From contig CAXXTU010000002.1 of assembly GCA_963662655.2 (NCBI GenBank), forward strand, positions 3,296,001 through 3,360,000: DNA of 64,000 nt, in the 5' to 3' direction. Under the pieces are notes generated by a model that saw only the letters and a list, made by a program, of their open reading frames with translations, was not told the origin of the DNA and did no database searches. This document shows positions 41,512-51,080 of the stretch, in pieces. The translations under genes and the position numbers were made by a program. This DNA comes from Candidatus Cloacimonadales bacterium. Its GTDB lineage: Bacteria; Cloacimonadota; Cloacimonadia; Cloacimonadales; JAIOQZ01. Each line of letters opens with the position of its first letter. Position 1 is the stretch's first letter.

Positions 41512-41650
41512 AGGGGGTACGTGCAGGTAAACGATGGTTGTCGCTTCCGGAATTTGTGGGGATGCAGGTTACGATAGATTGCACCTTTTACTTGACATTT
41601 TGTAAGGCATTTGAGTCTGTAAAAAAGGAGAAAAGTATAAGGAAAAAGTA

Positions 41651-42358
41651 ATGCAAAACAATGCTGCGATAATAGTGGCCGGAGGTGTTGGAAAGCGACT
41701 CCCTGGCGCAACGAAAAAGCAATTCCTCCAGATCGGCGGAATTCCCATACTGATCCACTCGATCTGCCCCTTTTTGAATTCAAATGATGTATCGAGCATT
41801 GTCGTTGTTTTGCCTGATGATGAGCTTGAGGAAGGGAAGCAGCTTATCAAGGGAACGATAGCCGGAAACCTTCGGAAGGAAATGAAATTCGTCGCAGGCG
41901 GGAGCAGAAGACAGGATTCGGTTTATAATGGACTTCTGGCCTGTGATAAGCAAACGGATATCGTGTTCATTCACGATGGCGTTCGTCCATTTATAACAGG
42001 TGGGTTGATTCGGAGACTGCTTGTCAAATGCGAAGAGCATGGCGCGGTGATCCCCGTGACGCCAGTCAGGTATACGCTGAAGAAAGTCGAGAACGATTTG
42101 GTTCAAAGAACGATCCCCCGCCATGAAGTCTTTGAGGCGCATACTCCTCAAGTATTCAACTACCCTGTGATCATGAGCTATCATCACCGGATTCACGATC
42201 TGGATGTTGAGTTCACCGACGATGCTTCAATCCTTGAGTACTTCAGAGAAACTGTGGCGACGGAAATTTGCAATGAAACGAATATCAAGATCACGCGACC
42301 GTCGGACCTTGATTTGGCAGAGACTATATATAAGAAAATCAATAAGGAGATTTCATGA
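41651..42358 (+). CDS. ispD: 2-C-methyl-D-erythritol 4-phosphate cytidylyltransferase
   Basis: AGGVGKR..KQF, GGSRRQDSV, IHDGVRPF, HTPQVF, FTDDAS, NIKIT. Confidence 0.95.
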   Translation: MQNNAAIIVAGGVGKRLPGATKKQFLQIGGIPILIHSICPFLNSNDVSSIVVVLPDDELEEGKQLIKGTIAGNLRKEMKFVAGGSRRQDSVYNGLLACDKQTDIVFIHDGVRPFITGGLIRRLLVKCEEHGAVIPVTPVRYTLKKVENDLVQRTIPRHEVFEAHTPQVFNYPVIMSYHHRIHDLDVEFTDDASILEYFRETVATEICNETNIKITRPSDLDLAETIYKKINKEIS

Positions 42359-45087
42359 ACCTTCGTGCATGGATAAAGAAAATCGAAAATTTCGAAATAA
42401 CAATTCCGATCCCGATTTTCGGTTTGGGATGCGGTGTTTTAGGACTTACCCTGGCAAAATCGCATGTAAAAATGGGACAGTGGGCGTCCAAGCTTCTGAG
42501 ATCCCTCGAGTACAGAGGATACGACTCGACGGGAGCTGCGTTTCAGGATAGCGAGAAAAATGTAACCTTACTCAAAGACGTTGGGGCACCGAGTGTGCTC
42601 GTTCAAACCCTCGGCATCGAGAAACAGGAAGGCAAGATATTTTGTGGGCAGGTTCGCTGGGCGACGTTCGGTGCGGTAGATCATGTGAACGCTCAACCTC
42701 ACGATGTTCATTGTAAACGCCACATCTTCGGCGCTCATAATGGGAATATTACCAACACGCGCGAACTCAAGCAGTTCCTTCAGCGCGAAGGCCATGCCGT
42801 TCTCTCCGATAACGATGGAGAGATGCTGGTTCATACGGTAGAACACTACTTCGATATCGAACTCAATAAAATCCCTCTTGCAGACCAGCAACAACCAGAG
42901 ATCAGAAAGGCAGCAATGCGTAAGGCAATACTCGAAGCGACTCGCCAGACCGTTGGCTCCTTTGCCGCTGTCATCAGCGACCCCGAAACGGAAACACAGT
43001 GGGCGATCAAAGCCGGCAGCAGTCTTTATTTTGGCGTGGGCAAAGTCGAAGATGTCCCGTTTGCCCTGGCTTCCTCAGATTTGACAGCCGTACTTCGCTT
43101 CACCAAGGACCTCGTGAAGTTGCAGCAGGGGGAATTTGTTGAATATACCGCCGATTCTTTCCAGGTATATGCCTATCAGGACAACCGCATCCGCAAGCTC
43201 AACCAGCCTGACGAAGTTTACAAGCGAGGCGACAAGATCAATCGTATCGCTGTGCGCTCCAAGCTGCGTGCCGAGGACACGGAGCTCCAGCCTCAATTCA
43301 AGTACTTCATGGAGCAGGAAATCTTCGCGGAGATCGAATCTACAGGTAAGCTCGTGAAGATGTTCCTCGGAGGTTCGAACACCGGGCGTCATATGCGCAA
43401 TTTCCTGAATGAGGTGGAACAGCTCAAGGAAATTGAACAGCTCGGAAGAAAAATTGAGAAGCAGGGATCGTTCTCAAAGCAGGTACGGGTGTTCAACGAT
43501 TACGCGGAGTCGGATCGTTCCGAGCTTTTTATCGAGAACATGAAGAAGCATTACAAGAGGCTTTATGACGAGGTCTTCAAGGAAGATTTCGATAAAAAGT
43601 ATTTCTTTTCCAACGATAAAAACACCTTTATCGATATCGCGGGTGAGCCGTTCGACAAGAAGCGGATGCTTCTGGCCAAAGCACTCGATTCCGTTTCCGA
43701 GAAACAGGATATCCAGGAATTCGACAAGATTGTCGCCGATTTCATCGATCTGATTCGTAACACGCTTCGCAACAGCAGGAATATCTATACCATTGCATGC
43801 GGTACTTCGTTCCACGCTACCAAGCTTGCAGCGGTTTTCTTCAATGAAATCGCCGGCGTAGAGATTATCCCGATTCTTCCGGGAGACTATCGTGGACAGT
43901 ACTCGAAATGCCTGAAGTCGAACGACGTGATCATCGGCGTTTCCCAAAGCGGTGAAACCAAGGATCTGATCGACATCTTCAACGATATCGACTCGATGGG
44001 CATCGATGTGAAGAAGATCGTGCTGGTCAACAACATGAACTCGACTCTCGGCCAGGAGAAGAGTGATATCTCCATCCCGATCTATTGCGGACCGGAGATC
44101 GCCGTTCCGGCCACCAAGAGCTATATCAACCAGATGACGCTCTTCTATTATCTTGCGATCAAAGTTGGAGAAATGCATTTCGAAGAATGCAAGAATACAC
44201 TCACTGAGGAACAGCTTGGCCAGATGGATTACGAGATATCAAGGCGGTACAAGACCCTCCTGGATATCCCGGCATTGATAAGGGCCACCATTCGTTCCAC
44301 GGAAGAAACCGTCGATTATGTCGCCTCGAAGATTTACATGGAGCCATCGATGCATATCCTGGCGACCAAGCTGAGTGGGGTTGCAAAAGAAGGCGCGCTC
44401 AAGATTCGCGAGACGGTTCTCAACCACTGCGAAGGGGGCGAGGCGAGTGAATTCAAGCATGGTCCCAACACGATCCTTGGAAAGAACACCGTTTTCGGAA
44501 TGAAGAACATCAAGTCAATGGTGAAGTACTTCCAGCGGAAAATCGACGTCATGGAACGCGAAGGGCTGAGTCGCGGACTGAAATCGGAAGAGATTCGCGA
44601 GATGATCAAGGCTTTCAGTACCTATATGTTCACCCGCACGATGCCATTCAACCTTTCAGCGCTCGGCATGGCTCTATTCAAAGAAATTGCCGCAGATTAC
44701 GATATGTTCACGCCGCTCTATCGTAACTACCCGCTTATCTACATCACCGGGCCGGACGAACGGGATGTCAACCTGACCATCTCCCAAATCAACACACACA
44801 AGATCAGGGGCGCAGATACGTTCGTTATCGCCGAAGAAAACGACCGCCTGATGGAGAACGCTTCATCGAGTCCGGACATGAAGAAGTATTACGGTTTTGG
44901 CTACATTATTCTGCCCAGAACCGGAGACAGCCTCATGACGGCCTTCTCCGCCTCCGTTGTCCTGCAATTGCTTGGCCTCAAGATGAGCGTTCGCAAGATG
45001 GGGTATCTGGATCAGGTTGGATTCGAGGATCACGGTGTGCATCCCGATGTTCCCAAGAATGTCTCCAAATCGATTACCGTTGATTGA
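42355..45087 (+). CDS. glmS: Glutamine-fructose-6-phosphate aminotransferase (long variant)
   Basis: CG..., LEYRGYDSTG, RWATFG, NAQPH, HNGNI, ACGTSFHA, SQSGETKD, EFKHGP, PKNVSKSITVD. Confidence 0.9.
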   Translation: MNLRAWIKKIENFEITIPIPIFGLGCGVLGLTLAKSHVKMGQWASKLLRSLEYRGYDSTGAAFQDSEKNVTLLKDVGAPSVLVQTLGIEKQEGKIFCGQVRWATFGAVDHVNAQPHDVHCKRHIFGAHNGNITNTRELKQFLQREGHAVLSDNDGEMLVHTVEHYFDIELNKIPLADQQQPEIRKAAMRKAILEATRQTVGSFAAVISDPETETQWAIKAGSSLYFGVGKVEDVPFALASSDLTAVLRFTKDLVKLQQGEFVEYTADSFQVYAYQDNRIRKLNQPDEVYKRGDKINRIAVRSKLRAEDTELQPQFKYFMEQEIFAEIESTGKLVKMFLGGSNTGRHMRNFLNEVEQLKEIEQLGRKIEKQGSFSKQVRVFNDYAESDRSELFIENMKKHYKRLYDEVFKEDFDKKYFFSNDKNTFIDIAGEPFDKKRMLLAKALDSVSEKQDIQEFDKIVADFIDLIRNTLRNSRNIYTIACGTSFHATKLAAVFFNEIAGVEIIPILPGDYRGQYSKCLKSNDVIIGVSQSGETKDLIDIFNDIDSMGIDVKKIVLVNNMNSTLGQEKSDISIPIYCGPEIAVPATKSYINQMTLFYYLAIKVGEMHFEECKNTLTEEQLGQMDYEISRRYKTLLDIPALIRATIRSTEETVDYVASKIYMEPSMHILATKLSGVAKEGALKIRETVLNHCEGGEASEFKHGPNTILGKNTVFGMKNIKSMVKYFQRKIDVMEREGLSRGLKSEEIREMIKAFSTYMFTRTMPFNLSALGMALFKEIAADYDMFTPLYRNYPLIYITGPDERDVNLTISQINTHKIRGADTFVIAEENDRLMENASSSPDMKKYYGFGYIILPRTGDSLMTAFSASVVLQLLGLKMSVRKMGYLDQVGFEDHGVHPDVPKNVSKSITVD

Positions 45088-45106
45088 TCAAACAAGTTGA
45101 TAAATG

Positions 45107-45138
45107 AAAAGGGAGGCTTCGCGTCTCCCCTTTTTTTT
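45107..45138 (+). terminator. Intrinsic terminator
   Basis: GGGAGGC-TTCGC-GTCTCCC followed by T8. Confidence 0.8.
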
Positions 45139-45166
45139 ATGATGACAATCCATAAGATATTTCCGA

Positions 45167-45299
45167 CTCAGGCGTGAGCAGATTCGTTCGATCTTACGCG
45201 CAGGCGTGGTGTTGCACGTCTTTTTATTGGAGTTCGATAGTTTTCAAGACGTGCTATATCCACGTTGGAGCGGAAGATCGGGCGAAGATGCCACGCCGG
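45167..45299 (+). repeat. Structured dispersed repeat, copy B
   Basis: Reverse-complement homolog of 33161-33298. Confidence 0.85.
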
Positions 45300-45331
45300 G
45301 AATTCAAGAGGGCGGAAGGCAATGTCCGACC

Positions 45332-45471
45332 ATCAAGGCATTCTCGATCAATCTGAGCTACGTCGTGTATATAACACGCCTCCGACTTCCTGCACGTAAG
45401 AAACGAGCAGGAAAGTCTCCACCGTGTAACAACACGACTTCGCGATCAGATTCATCGATTCTGCGCTTGAT
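45332..45471 (-). repeat. Structured dispersed repeat, divergent copy C
   Basis: Same GCA..CGAT / CGTG-ATATA-CACG / CGTG-AACA-CACG / ATCG..TGC architecture with different stem sequences. Confidence 0.7.
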
Positions 45472-45488
45472 TCTCAGCCGTGACCAGA

Positions 45489-45968
45489 TTATTCGGCAAT
45501 TGCAGTAACGACAGCGAACGTCTGAATCCCATCTCCGCGTCCGAAGTCTGTCAATCCTTCACCGGTAGTTGCCGTAATGCAGATATCTTCGGGCTGGAGT
45601 GGAATAATCTCCGCGAGTCGTTTTTTCATGGCATCGATCATCGGTGTGATCATGGGCTTCTTGCATTCGATGCTGATCGAAAGGTGTGTGAGTCTGAAAT
45701 CGCCAAGGTATTTGAGCGATTCTTCCAGATAGACTGCGCTGTCGTCGATGCCGTCCTCAATGCACATTTTATCGCTGGCCTTGCCGATAATATTGACTCC
45801 GGTGACGCCTGAAATCGCGTTCGTAACGGCGTGCAGTACCACATCCGCGTCACTGTTGCCGGCAAGACCCGCGTAACTCGGGAAATGTACTCCGGCGAGC
45901 ATTAGCGGCTTGCCCATGTCGTCGCCGAAGCGGTGACTGTCTTGTCCAATACCTGTTTTTATTCTCAT
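45489..45968 (-). CDS. ispF: 2-C-methyl-D-erythritol 2,4-cyclodiphosphate synthase
   Basis: GIGQDSHRF, SDADVVLHA, ATTGEGL. Confidence 0.92.
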   Translation of the reverse strand: MRIKTGIGQDSHRFGDDMGKPLMLAGVHFPSYAGLAGNSDADVVLHAVTNAISGVTGVNIIGKASDKMCIEDGIDDSAVYLEESLKYLGDFRLTHLSISIECKKPMITPMIDAMKKRLAEIIPLQPEDICITATTGEGLTDFGRGDGIQTFAVVTAIAE

Positions 45969-46037
45969 GCGGCAATGTTCGGCAGACGAATGCCGCCTGT
46001 CAATGATTGTGTGCTGAATGATTCCCAGCGCATGCGC

Positions 46038-47495
46038 CTACCGCAGGATTTTACGCATGAACGTAACCGTGAACACCGCCATCAGGAACAGCCCCATGTA
46101 GCCCTCGAGTCCGCTGGCGACCCTGAGCAACTTCGACGCGGGGAACATGTCGCCGTAGCCGATGGTGAGAAACGTGATCGCGCTATGGTACCCAGCCTGC
46201 CAGGCGGGTGAAAGCTGCTCCACCTTCCCGGCAACGCCCTCGGCCGAACTCCCCGCGAAGCTGTCCCCGCACTGCGTGATGCGCAGATAATAGAAAAGCG
46301 CAAAGCCCACAATGGTCACCGCCGTGCTGACAATTGCCCTGCCGATTCGCACGCCGTAGCCGCTGAGCAGCTCGAAGAAAATGTACTGGAACAAGAATCC
46401 CAAGCCATGCCACAGCAGCTTGAACTTTTTGTACCACTTCCCCTCGATGCTTTCCCAAAACCTGCCGCGCAACTGGTGTTTTTTATATATAAAGTACGCT
46501 TCGTCCTCATCGTTATAGCGGCCCATTTTGCGGAAGTTCTCCTTGAGAAGCAGGGCGGTTTCGGAGGCGCGGTGGTGTTTACCGATAATTGAAAATTGAA
46601 CATCCTTATCCCAAAAATACGTTCGCCTTACTTTCTGAATGAAGCGAAACGTATCTATAAAACAGCAATTTATCCATTGCACGGTTATCACGCTATTGTT
46701 TATGCAATTATCAAATTCAATAAAACCATGCGCAATTTTAAGGGATGTGACCGGAATGTTAAAATAACAATCACTGAAACGCACTGATCGAACATTCTCT
46801 ATCTTCAGCTCTGTTGGGGTATTCCAGATGACTTTGTGAAATCCAATCTGTGTATTTTTGGAGCTTCGAATGTAAAAATTTGATGACAAGCATTCGATTT
46901 GATGAAAACTCATTATGCTATTAGAATTCATAGGTTGACATATAAAAATTCCGGAACCAAACTTTGCGCAATCAAATATTGTTTGCCCAATCCCAAAATC
47001 TACGTATTGAAAACAGATATATTCATTTCCAAAATGCGCACCGTAAAAAGCCATGTATGAATCAGTGCTAGCAAACTGAAACCATAAATCACCTTTCCCA
47101 AAATCTGCATAACTGAAATTGACTGCTCCGCTGAAATTCGAATTGAAAAACGATATATCACCATCATTAAAATCGACTCCGCTAAAATCCAAACCACCAT
47201 CAAAAAGAGCTTCTTTTGCATCGTGAAGGATGACAGGTATAGGCTCATCATTCAATCTCCATCCCAGCGACAATCCCTTCACATAGCAATGATTGAGATT
47301 GATTTCCTTCCCCGCATGGATGTCCGCAAGCACCTCTTCTGGTGTAGTGTAATGATACGTTCGCTTCTCGTATTCATTGCCTTTATCATCAAAGAAATGT
47401 ACGGTGATCCACCACTTGAAGCGTTTGCCATCTACATCTCGGATGTGTGGTTTGCGTACGGGTTCATCCACCTTGTAGCTTGCCCATTTTGCCAT
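46038..47495 (-). CDS. Pentapeptide-like repeat protein with C-terminal K+ channel (Ion_trans_2) domain
   Basis: F-x4 periodic repeats; GYGVR; SAITFLTIGYGDMFP. Confidence 0.85.
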   Translation of the reverse strand: MAKWASYKVDEPVRKPHIRDVDGKRFKWWITVHFFDDKGNEYEKRTYHYTTPEEVLADIHAGKEINLNHCYVKGLSLGWRLNDEPIPVILHDAKEALFDGGLDFSGVDFNDGDISFFNSNFSGAVNFSYADFGKGDLWFQFASTDSYMAFYGAHFGNEYICFQYVDFGIGQTIFDCAKFGSGIFICQPMNSNSIMSFHQIECLSSNFYIRSSKNTQIGFHKVIWNTPTELKIENVRSVRFSDCYFNIPVTSLKIAHGFIEFDNCINNSVITVQWINCCFIDTFRFIQKVRRTYFWDKDVQFSIIGKHHRASETALLLKENFRKMGRYNDEDEAYFIYKKHQLRGRFWESIEGKWYKKFKLLWHGLGFLFQYIFFELLSGYGVRIGRAIVSTAVTIVGFALFYYLRITQCGDSFAGSSAEGVAGKVEQLSPAWQAGYHSAITFLTIGYGDMFPASKLLRVASGLEGYMGLFLMAVFTVTFMRKILR

Positions 47496-47558
47496 AATGT
47501 ATTCTCCTGCGGGGTTTACTTTTTGTTAATGGAGGGGCGTGGGAAGTCAAGGAAATTA

Positions 47559-47836
47559 TTGTTGGAAGCAGGATTTATCGGATTAAAGGATTCGCAGGAT
47601 GGAGAGAAGGTTGCTCGTGGCATCAAGCTGAAGTTGTAAATGGGTGCGCGCTCCTCTGCTCCCTTCCTCTTCATCCGAAGGGGAAGGGCCGGGGATGGGG
47701 TTTCCCTACTTGCAGGCAAGGTTGCCTGCGTTCCACCGGGATCGTGATAAAGTATGATGGACTGATGCGACAAGTGGAGCTGGTTCCTCTCTATCCTGCC
47801 AATCCTGAGAATTCTGAAAATTGCTGATTCAGACAA
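47559..47836. repeat. Inverted ~9-bp-periodic GGAT/ATCC array enclosing a REP-like hairpin
   Basis: GGAT at 47571/80/88/97; ATCCTG-like units at 47793/802/811/820; CTCCCTTCCTC...GGGGAAGGG hairpin at ~47659-47690. Confidence 0.6.
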
Positions 47837-48066
47837 AAAAATGGCACGCCAGCAGGGACTCGACGTAACGACGACGGTTCTCGTCCCAAGCGTATGGAAA
47901 GCAGTAAATTCAGATAAGCGCTGGAAGATGGTGCAAAAAAAATGGCACGCCAGCAGGGACTCGACGTAACGACGACGGTTCTCGTCCCAAGCGTATGGAG
48001 AGCAGCAAATTCAGATAAGCGCTGGAAGATGGTGCATAAAAAAATGGCACGCCAGCAGGGACTCGA
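47835..48066 (-). repeat. Tandem ~101-bp repeats each ending in the tRNA-Arg 3' end
   Basis: TGGCACGCCAGCAGGGACTCGA at 47842, 47943 and 48045; intervening ~70-nt units nearly identical. Confidence 0.92.
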
Positions 48067-48121
48067 ACCCCGGACCTACGGCTTAGAAGGCCGTTGCTCT
48101 ATCCGGCTGAGCTACTGGCGC
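48045..48121 (-). tRNA. tRNA-Arg(TCT)
   Basis: GCGCCAGTAGCTCAG...CT TCT AA...GGTTCGAGTCCC...GCCA cloverleaf. Confidence 0.95.
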
Positions 48122-48172
48122 GCGTAAAAAAAAGGCTTATCTTTAGCCAAGGCCGTAGATAAGCATATATGA

Positions 48173-48250
48173 TGGTAGCGGCCACAGGGACTCGAACCCC
48201 GGACACTCGGATTATGATTCCGATGCTCTAACCAACTGAGCTATGCCGCC
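48173..48250 (-). tRNA. tRNA-Met(CAT), probably elongator
   Basis: GGCGGCATAGCTCAGTTGG...AT CAT AA...ACCA; one extra G in the acceptor stem (possible sequence error). Confidence 0.88.
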
Positions 48251-48263
48251 ACTCTATTATCAA

Positions 48264-48340
48264 TGGTAGCGAGGGGAGGATTTGAACCTCCGGCCTTCGG
48301 GTTATGAGCCCGACGAGCTACCTGACTGCTCCACCTCGCG
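48264..48340 (-). tRNA. Initiator tRNA-fMet(CAT)
   Basis: CGCGAGGTGGAGCAG; GGG/CCC anticodon stem; unpaired 1:72. Confidence 0.95.
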
Positions 48341-48450
48341 TCACGTGCATGTCATGAAATCCGATCGGTTTTTCGTGTCAAGGAAAAACCGAAAAGAAAT
48401 TGCTTGACGCTGGAATCGATATCCGCGAAGTATATTCGAGGAGTTATAGG

Positions 48451-49963
48451 ATGTTCAATGAAATTATAGTGAATGTTCATCCCTATGAGACACGGGTTGC
48501 GATTATGGAAGATAATCGTCTCGTCGAGTTATTCGTAGAGAAGAAAGAACAACAGAATATTGTAGGCAACATATATAAAGGCTATGTTCAGGACGTGCTT
48601 CCTGGCATGGGCGCTGCGTTTATCAATATCGGTCTGGAACGAACCGCGTTTCTGCATTATTCGGATATCGTCACCGATTTTCTCGATCTTGTCGATTCGG
48701 ATAACAAGGCCCCCAGTCGTTTGGCGAGGGACTCGTCGAAAATCGGTAAGTATCTGAAAGAAGGTCAGGAGATCGTAGTCCAGATTCAGAAGGGACCGCT
48801 CGGAAAAAAAGGCGCGCGTCTCACCGGCCAGATTTCCCTGCCGGGGAAATTCCTCGTCTTCTTCCCCAACAAAAGCAAGGTTGCCGTCTCCCGGAAGATC
48901 AATACCTACGCCGAAAAGAATCGCATCAAATCGATTATAAACGATCTCAAGCACAAGGATGTCGGTCTCATCGTCCGCACGGATGCCGAGGGCAACACCA
49001 AGGAAGAGTTCGAGCAGGAATACAACGGGCTTTACAAGACCTGGAAGTATATCGAGAAGCAAGTCCAGTTCGCCAAGCCTCCGGTTTGCATCTTTAATCA
49101 GAGCGACCTCACCAACACGCTAATACGCGATCTTTTCAATACAAAGATCGATCGGCTCGTCGTGGACGACAAGGCGTTCCGAAGTCGCCTGATCGAAAAC
49201 CTGAAGGTCGGAGCGCCCGAACTGGTAGAGCGCATCGAACTGTACAAAGAGGATTCTCCCATTTTCGATGCCTACGGAATCGAGAAAGAAATAGAGAAGA
49301 TGTTCAACGCGCGTGCGGAGCTTCCCAGCGGTGGAAATATCGTCATCGAGCAAACGGAGGCGATGGTGTCCATCGATATCAACACGGGGAGCTACACCGG
49401 CAGAAGAAATTACGAAGACACCATCCGCCTGACCAACGTCGAGGCGGCTCAGGAAATCGCAAGGCAGATTCGGCTGCGGGACTTGAGCGGCATCATGGTG
49501 ATCGATTTCATCGATATGGAAAGCGAGGCCAGCAAGAGCGAGGTTCTTGAAACGTTTCGTAAATGTCTCAAGCGAGACCGGGCACGCAACAAGGTGTTCC
49601 CGTTCGGTCCGCTTGGGCTGGTGGAGGTTTCTCGAAAACGGCACTCGCCCGAATATCATTCTCGCCTATTCCGAGCGCTGCCCCATCGGCTGCCACGGTG
49701 CGGGGAGGATCATTTCGCGCGATTCGGTGGCGATGAAAATCTTCCGCTGGATCAGTCGATCCGAATATTTCCTGAAAGGCAAGCACCTGCAAATTATCAT
49801 GTCGCCGACCGTTAAGGAATATATGGATCAAAACCCCGAGTACTTGGTAAACGTTAAAAACAAGGTGGAACTGACTGCCGATCGCGATATATCGCTGGAC
49901 GGATTCCGTGTTGTCGATCTCCAAACAGGTAAGGAGATAACGACGCACTTCAAGACGCACTAA
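48451..49963 (+). CDS. rng: Ribonuclease E/G family (frameshift at ~49640, likely sequencing error)
   Basis: GNIYKG, AAFINIG, KGARLT, IDINTG, RLRDLSGIMVIDFIDM; C-terminus continues in ORF 49547-49963. Confidence 0.88.
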
Positions 49964-50061
49964 AAAGATTGGCATATTTGTCTATTTGTTCTTGACAACC
50001 AAAAGCAACATAGAATTATTTGACTATTCCGTTTGCGATAAATGGATATAAGGAGTCTGAA

Positions 50062-50379
50062 ATGTATGCGATCGTAGATTTTAAGGGTCAGCAGCTTCGG
50101 ATGGAAAAGGATAAAACCGTCAAGGTTCCTTACCTTGCCGATCTGGAACCCGGTAATGAACTGGAACTGGACGATATCCTTCTTCTGAAGGATGATCAGG
50201 ACAACGTTCTGGTAGGTCAGCCCACGCTTGACAATGTGAAAATCGTGGCAGAGATTGTCGATCACGGCAAAGATAAAAAGGTTATCGTCTTCAAGAAAAA
50301 GCGTAGAAAAGGTTATGCGAAGAAGCAAGGCCATCGACAGAACTTCACGACCATCCTGGTAAAGGATATTATTCAATAA
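50062..50379 (+). CDS. rplU: 50S ribosomal protein L21
   Basis: [24 protein letters not shown]. Confidence 0.97.
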   Translation: MYAIVDFKGQQLRMEKDKTVKVPYLADLEPGNELELDDILLLKDDQDNVLVGQPTLDNVKIVAEIVDHGKDKKVIVFKKKRRKGYAKKQGHRQNFTTILVKDIIQ

Positions 50380-50398
50380 CCCCCAGGGAGATAAAATT

Positions 50399-50660
50399 AT
50401 GGCACATAAAAAAGGTGTTGGTAGTAGTAAAAACGGACGGGACAGTAATCCGCAATACCTGGGCGTAAAGCGTTATGATGGGCAGTTTTGTACTGGCCGG
50501 CAATATCATCGTTCGTCAGCGTGGAACCAAATTCCACAAAGGCGACAACGTAGGCCTGGGAAAAGACTATACGATATTCAGCCTGGTGGACGGATTTGTG
50601 AAATTCCGCACGAAAGCCGGCGGAAAGAAATTCGTTAACGTCATTCCGGCTGAAGCCTGA
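50399..50660 (+). CDS. rpmA: 50S ribosomal protein L27 (1-nt frameshift at ~50480-50490, likely error)
   Basis: [16 protein letters not shown] then [14 protein letters not shown] in the next frame. Confidence 0.95.
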
Positions 50661-51080
50661 TCTGATTTTATCAATTTTAAAAGGGCAGTTCTTTATCGTG
50701 GCTTGCCCTTTTTTGTGTTTTTATCGAAATGCAACCTTCTCACTGTTTGAGTCCAGCTTCTTTACTAGCTCGGAAAAACAATCGTTTTTGCCCTTCGACG
50801 CTGTGAGGGATTCGTTTTTTTCTGCGCAATACACACAGCTTCAGGGTGACGAACGGTTTTTCTTCGAGATGATTATCCACCTGTCATGCTGGGCGGAGTC
50901 GAAGCATAGCGATGGATTAATGGTTGGTGATTAGGACATTACCCCCAATGTGGGGGCATGCTCCGTTCAAATTCACATTGACAAACTTTTCCCGAGGGTT
51001 CTGTTGATTATCGGTGAGATAACCGTGCATGCGCTTTGCATTGTCGTGCGCACGCAACAGAACCGGATGGAACCGAAAAG

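Noticed and set aside
41310..41650. glmS ribozyme upstream of ispD-glmS
   Set aside because: Conserved ribozyme core not recognisable, and the structure lies upstream of the apparent TTGACA promoter at ~41592
47835..48066. CRISPR array
   Set aside because: The 'spacers' are near-identical, the repeat is a tRNA 3' end, and no cas genes are present
47942..48127. 61-aa ORF
   Set aside because: Antisense translation of tRNA-Arg and its repeat
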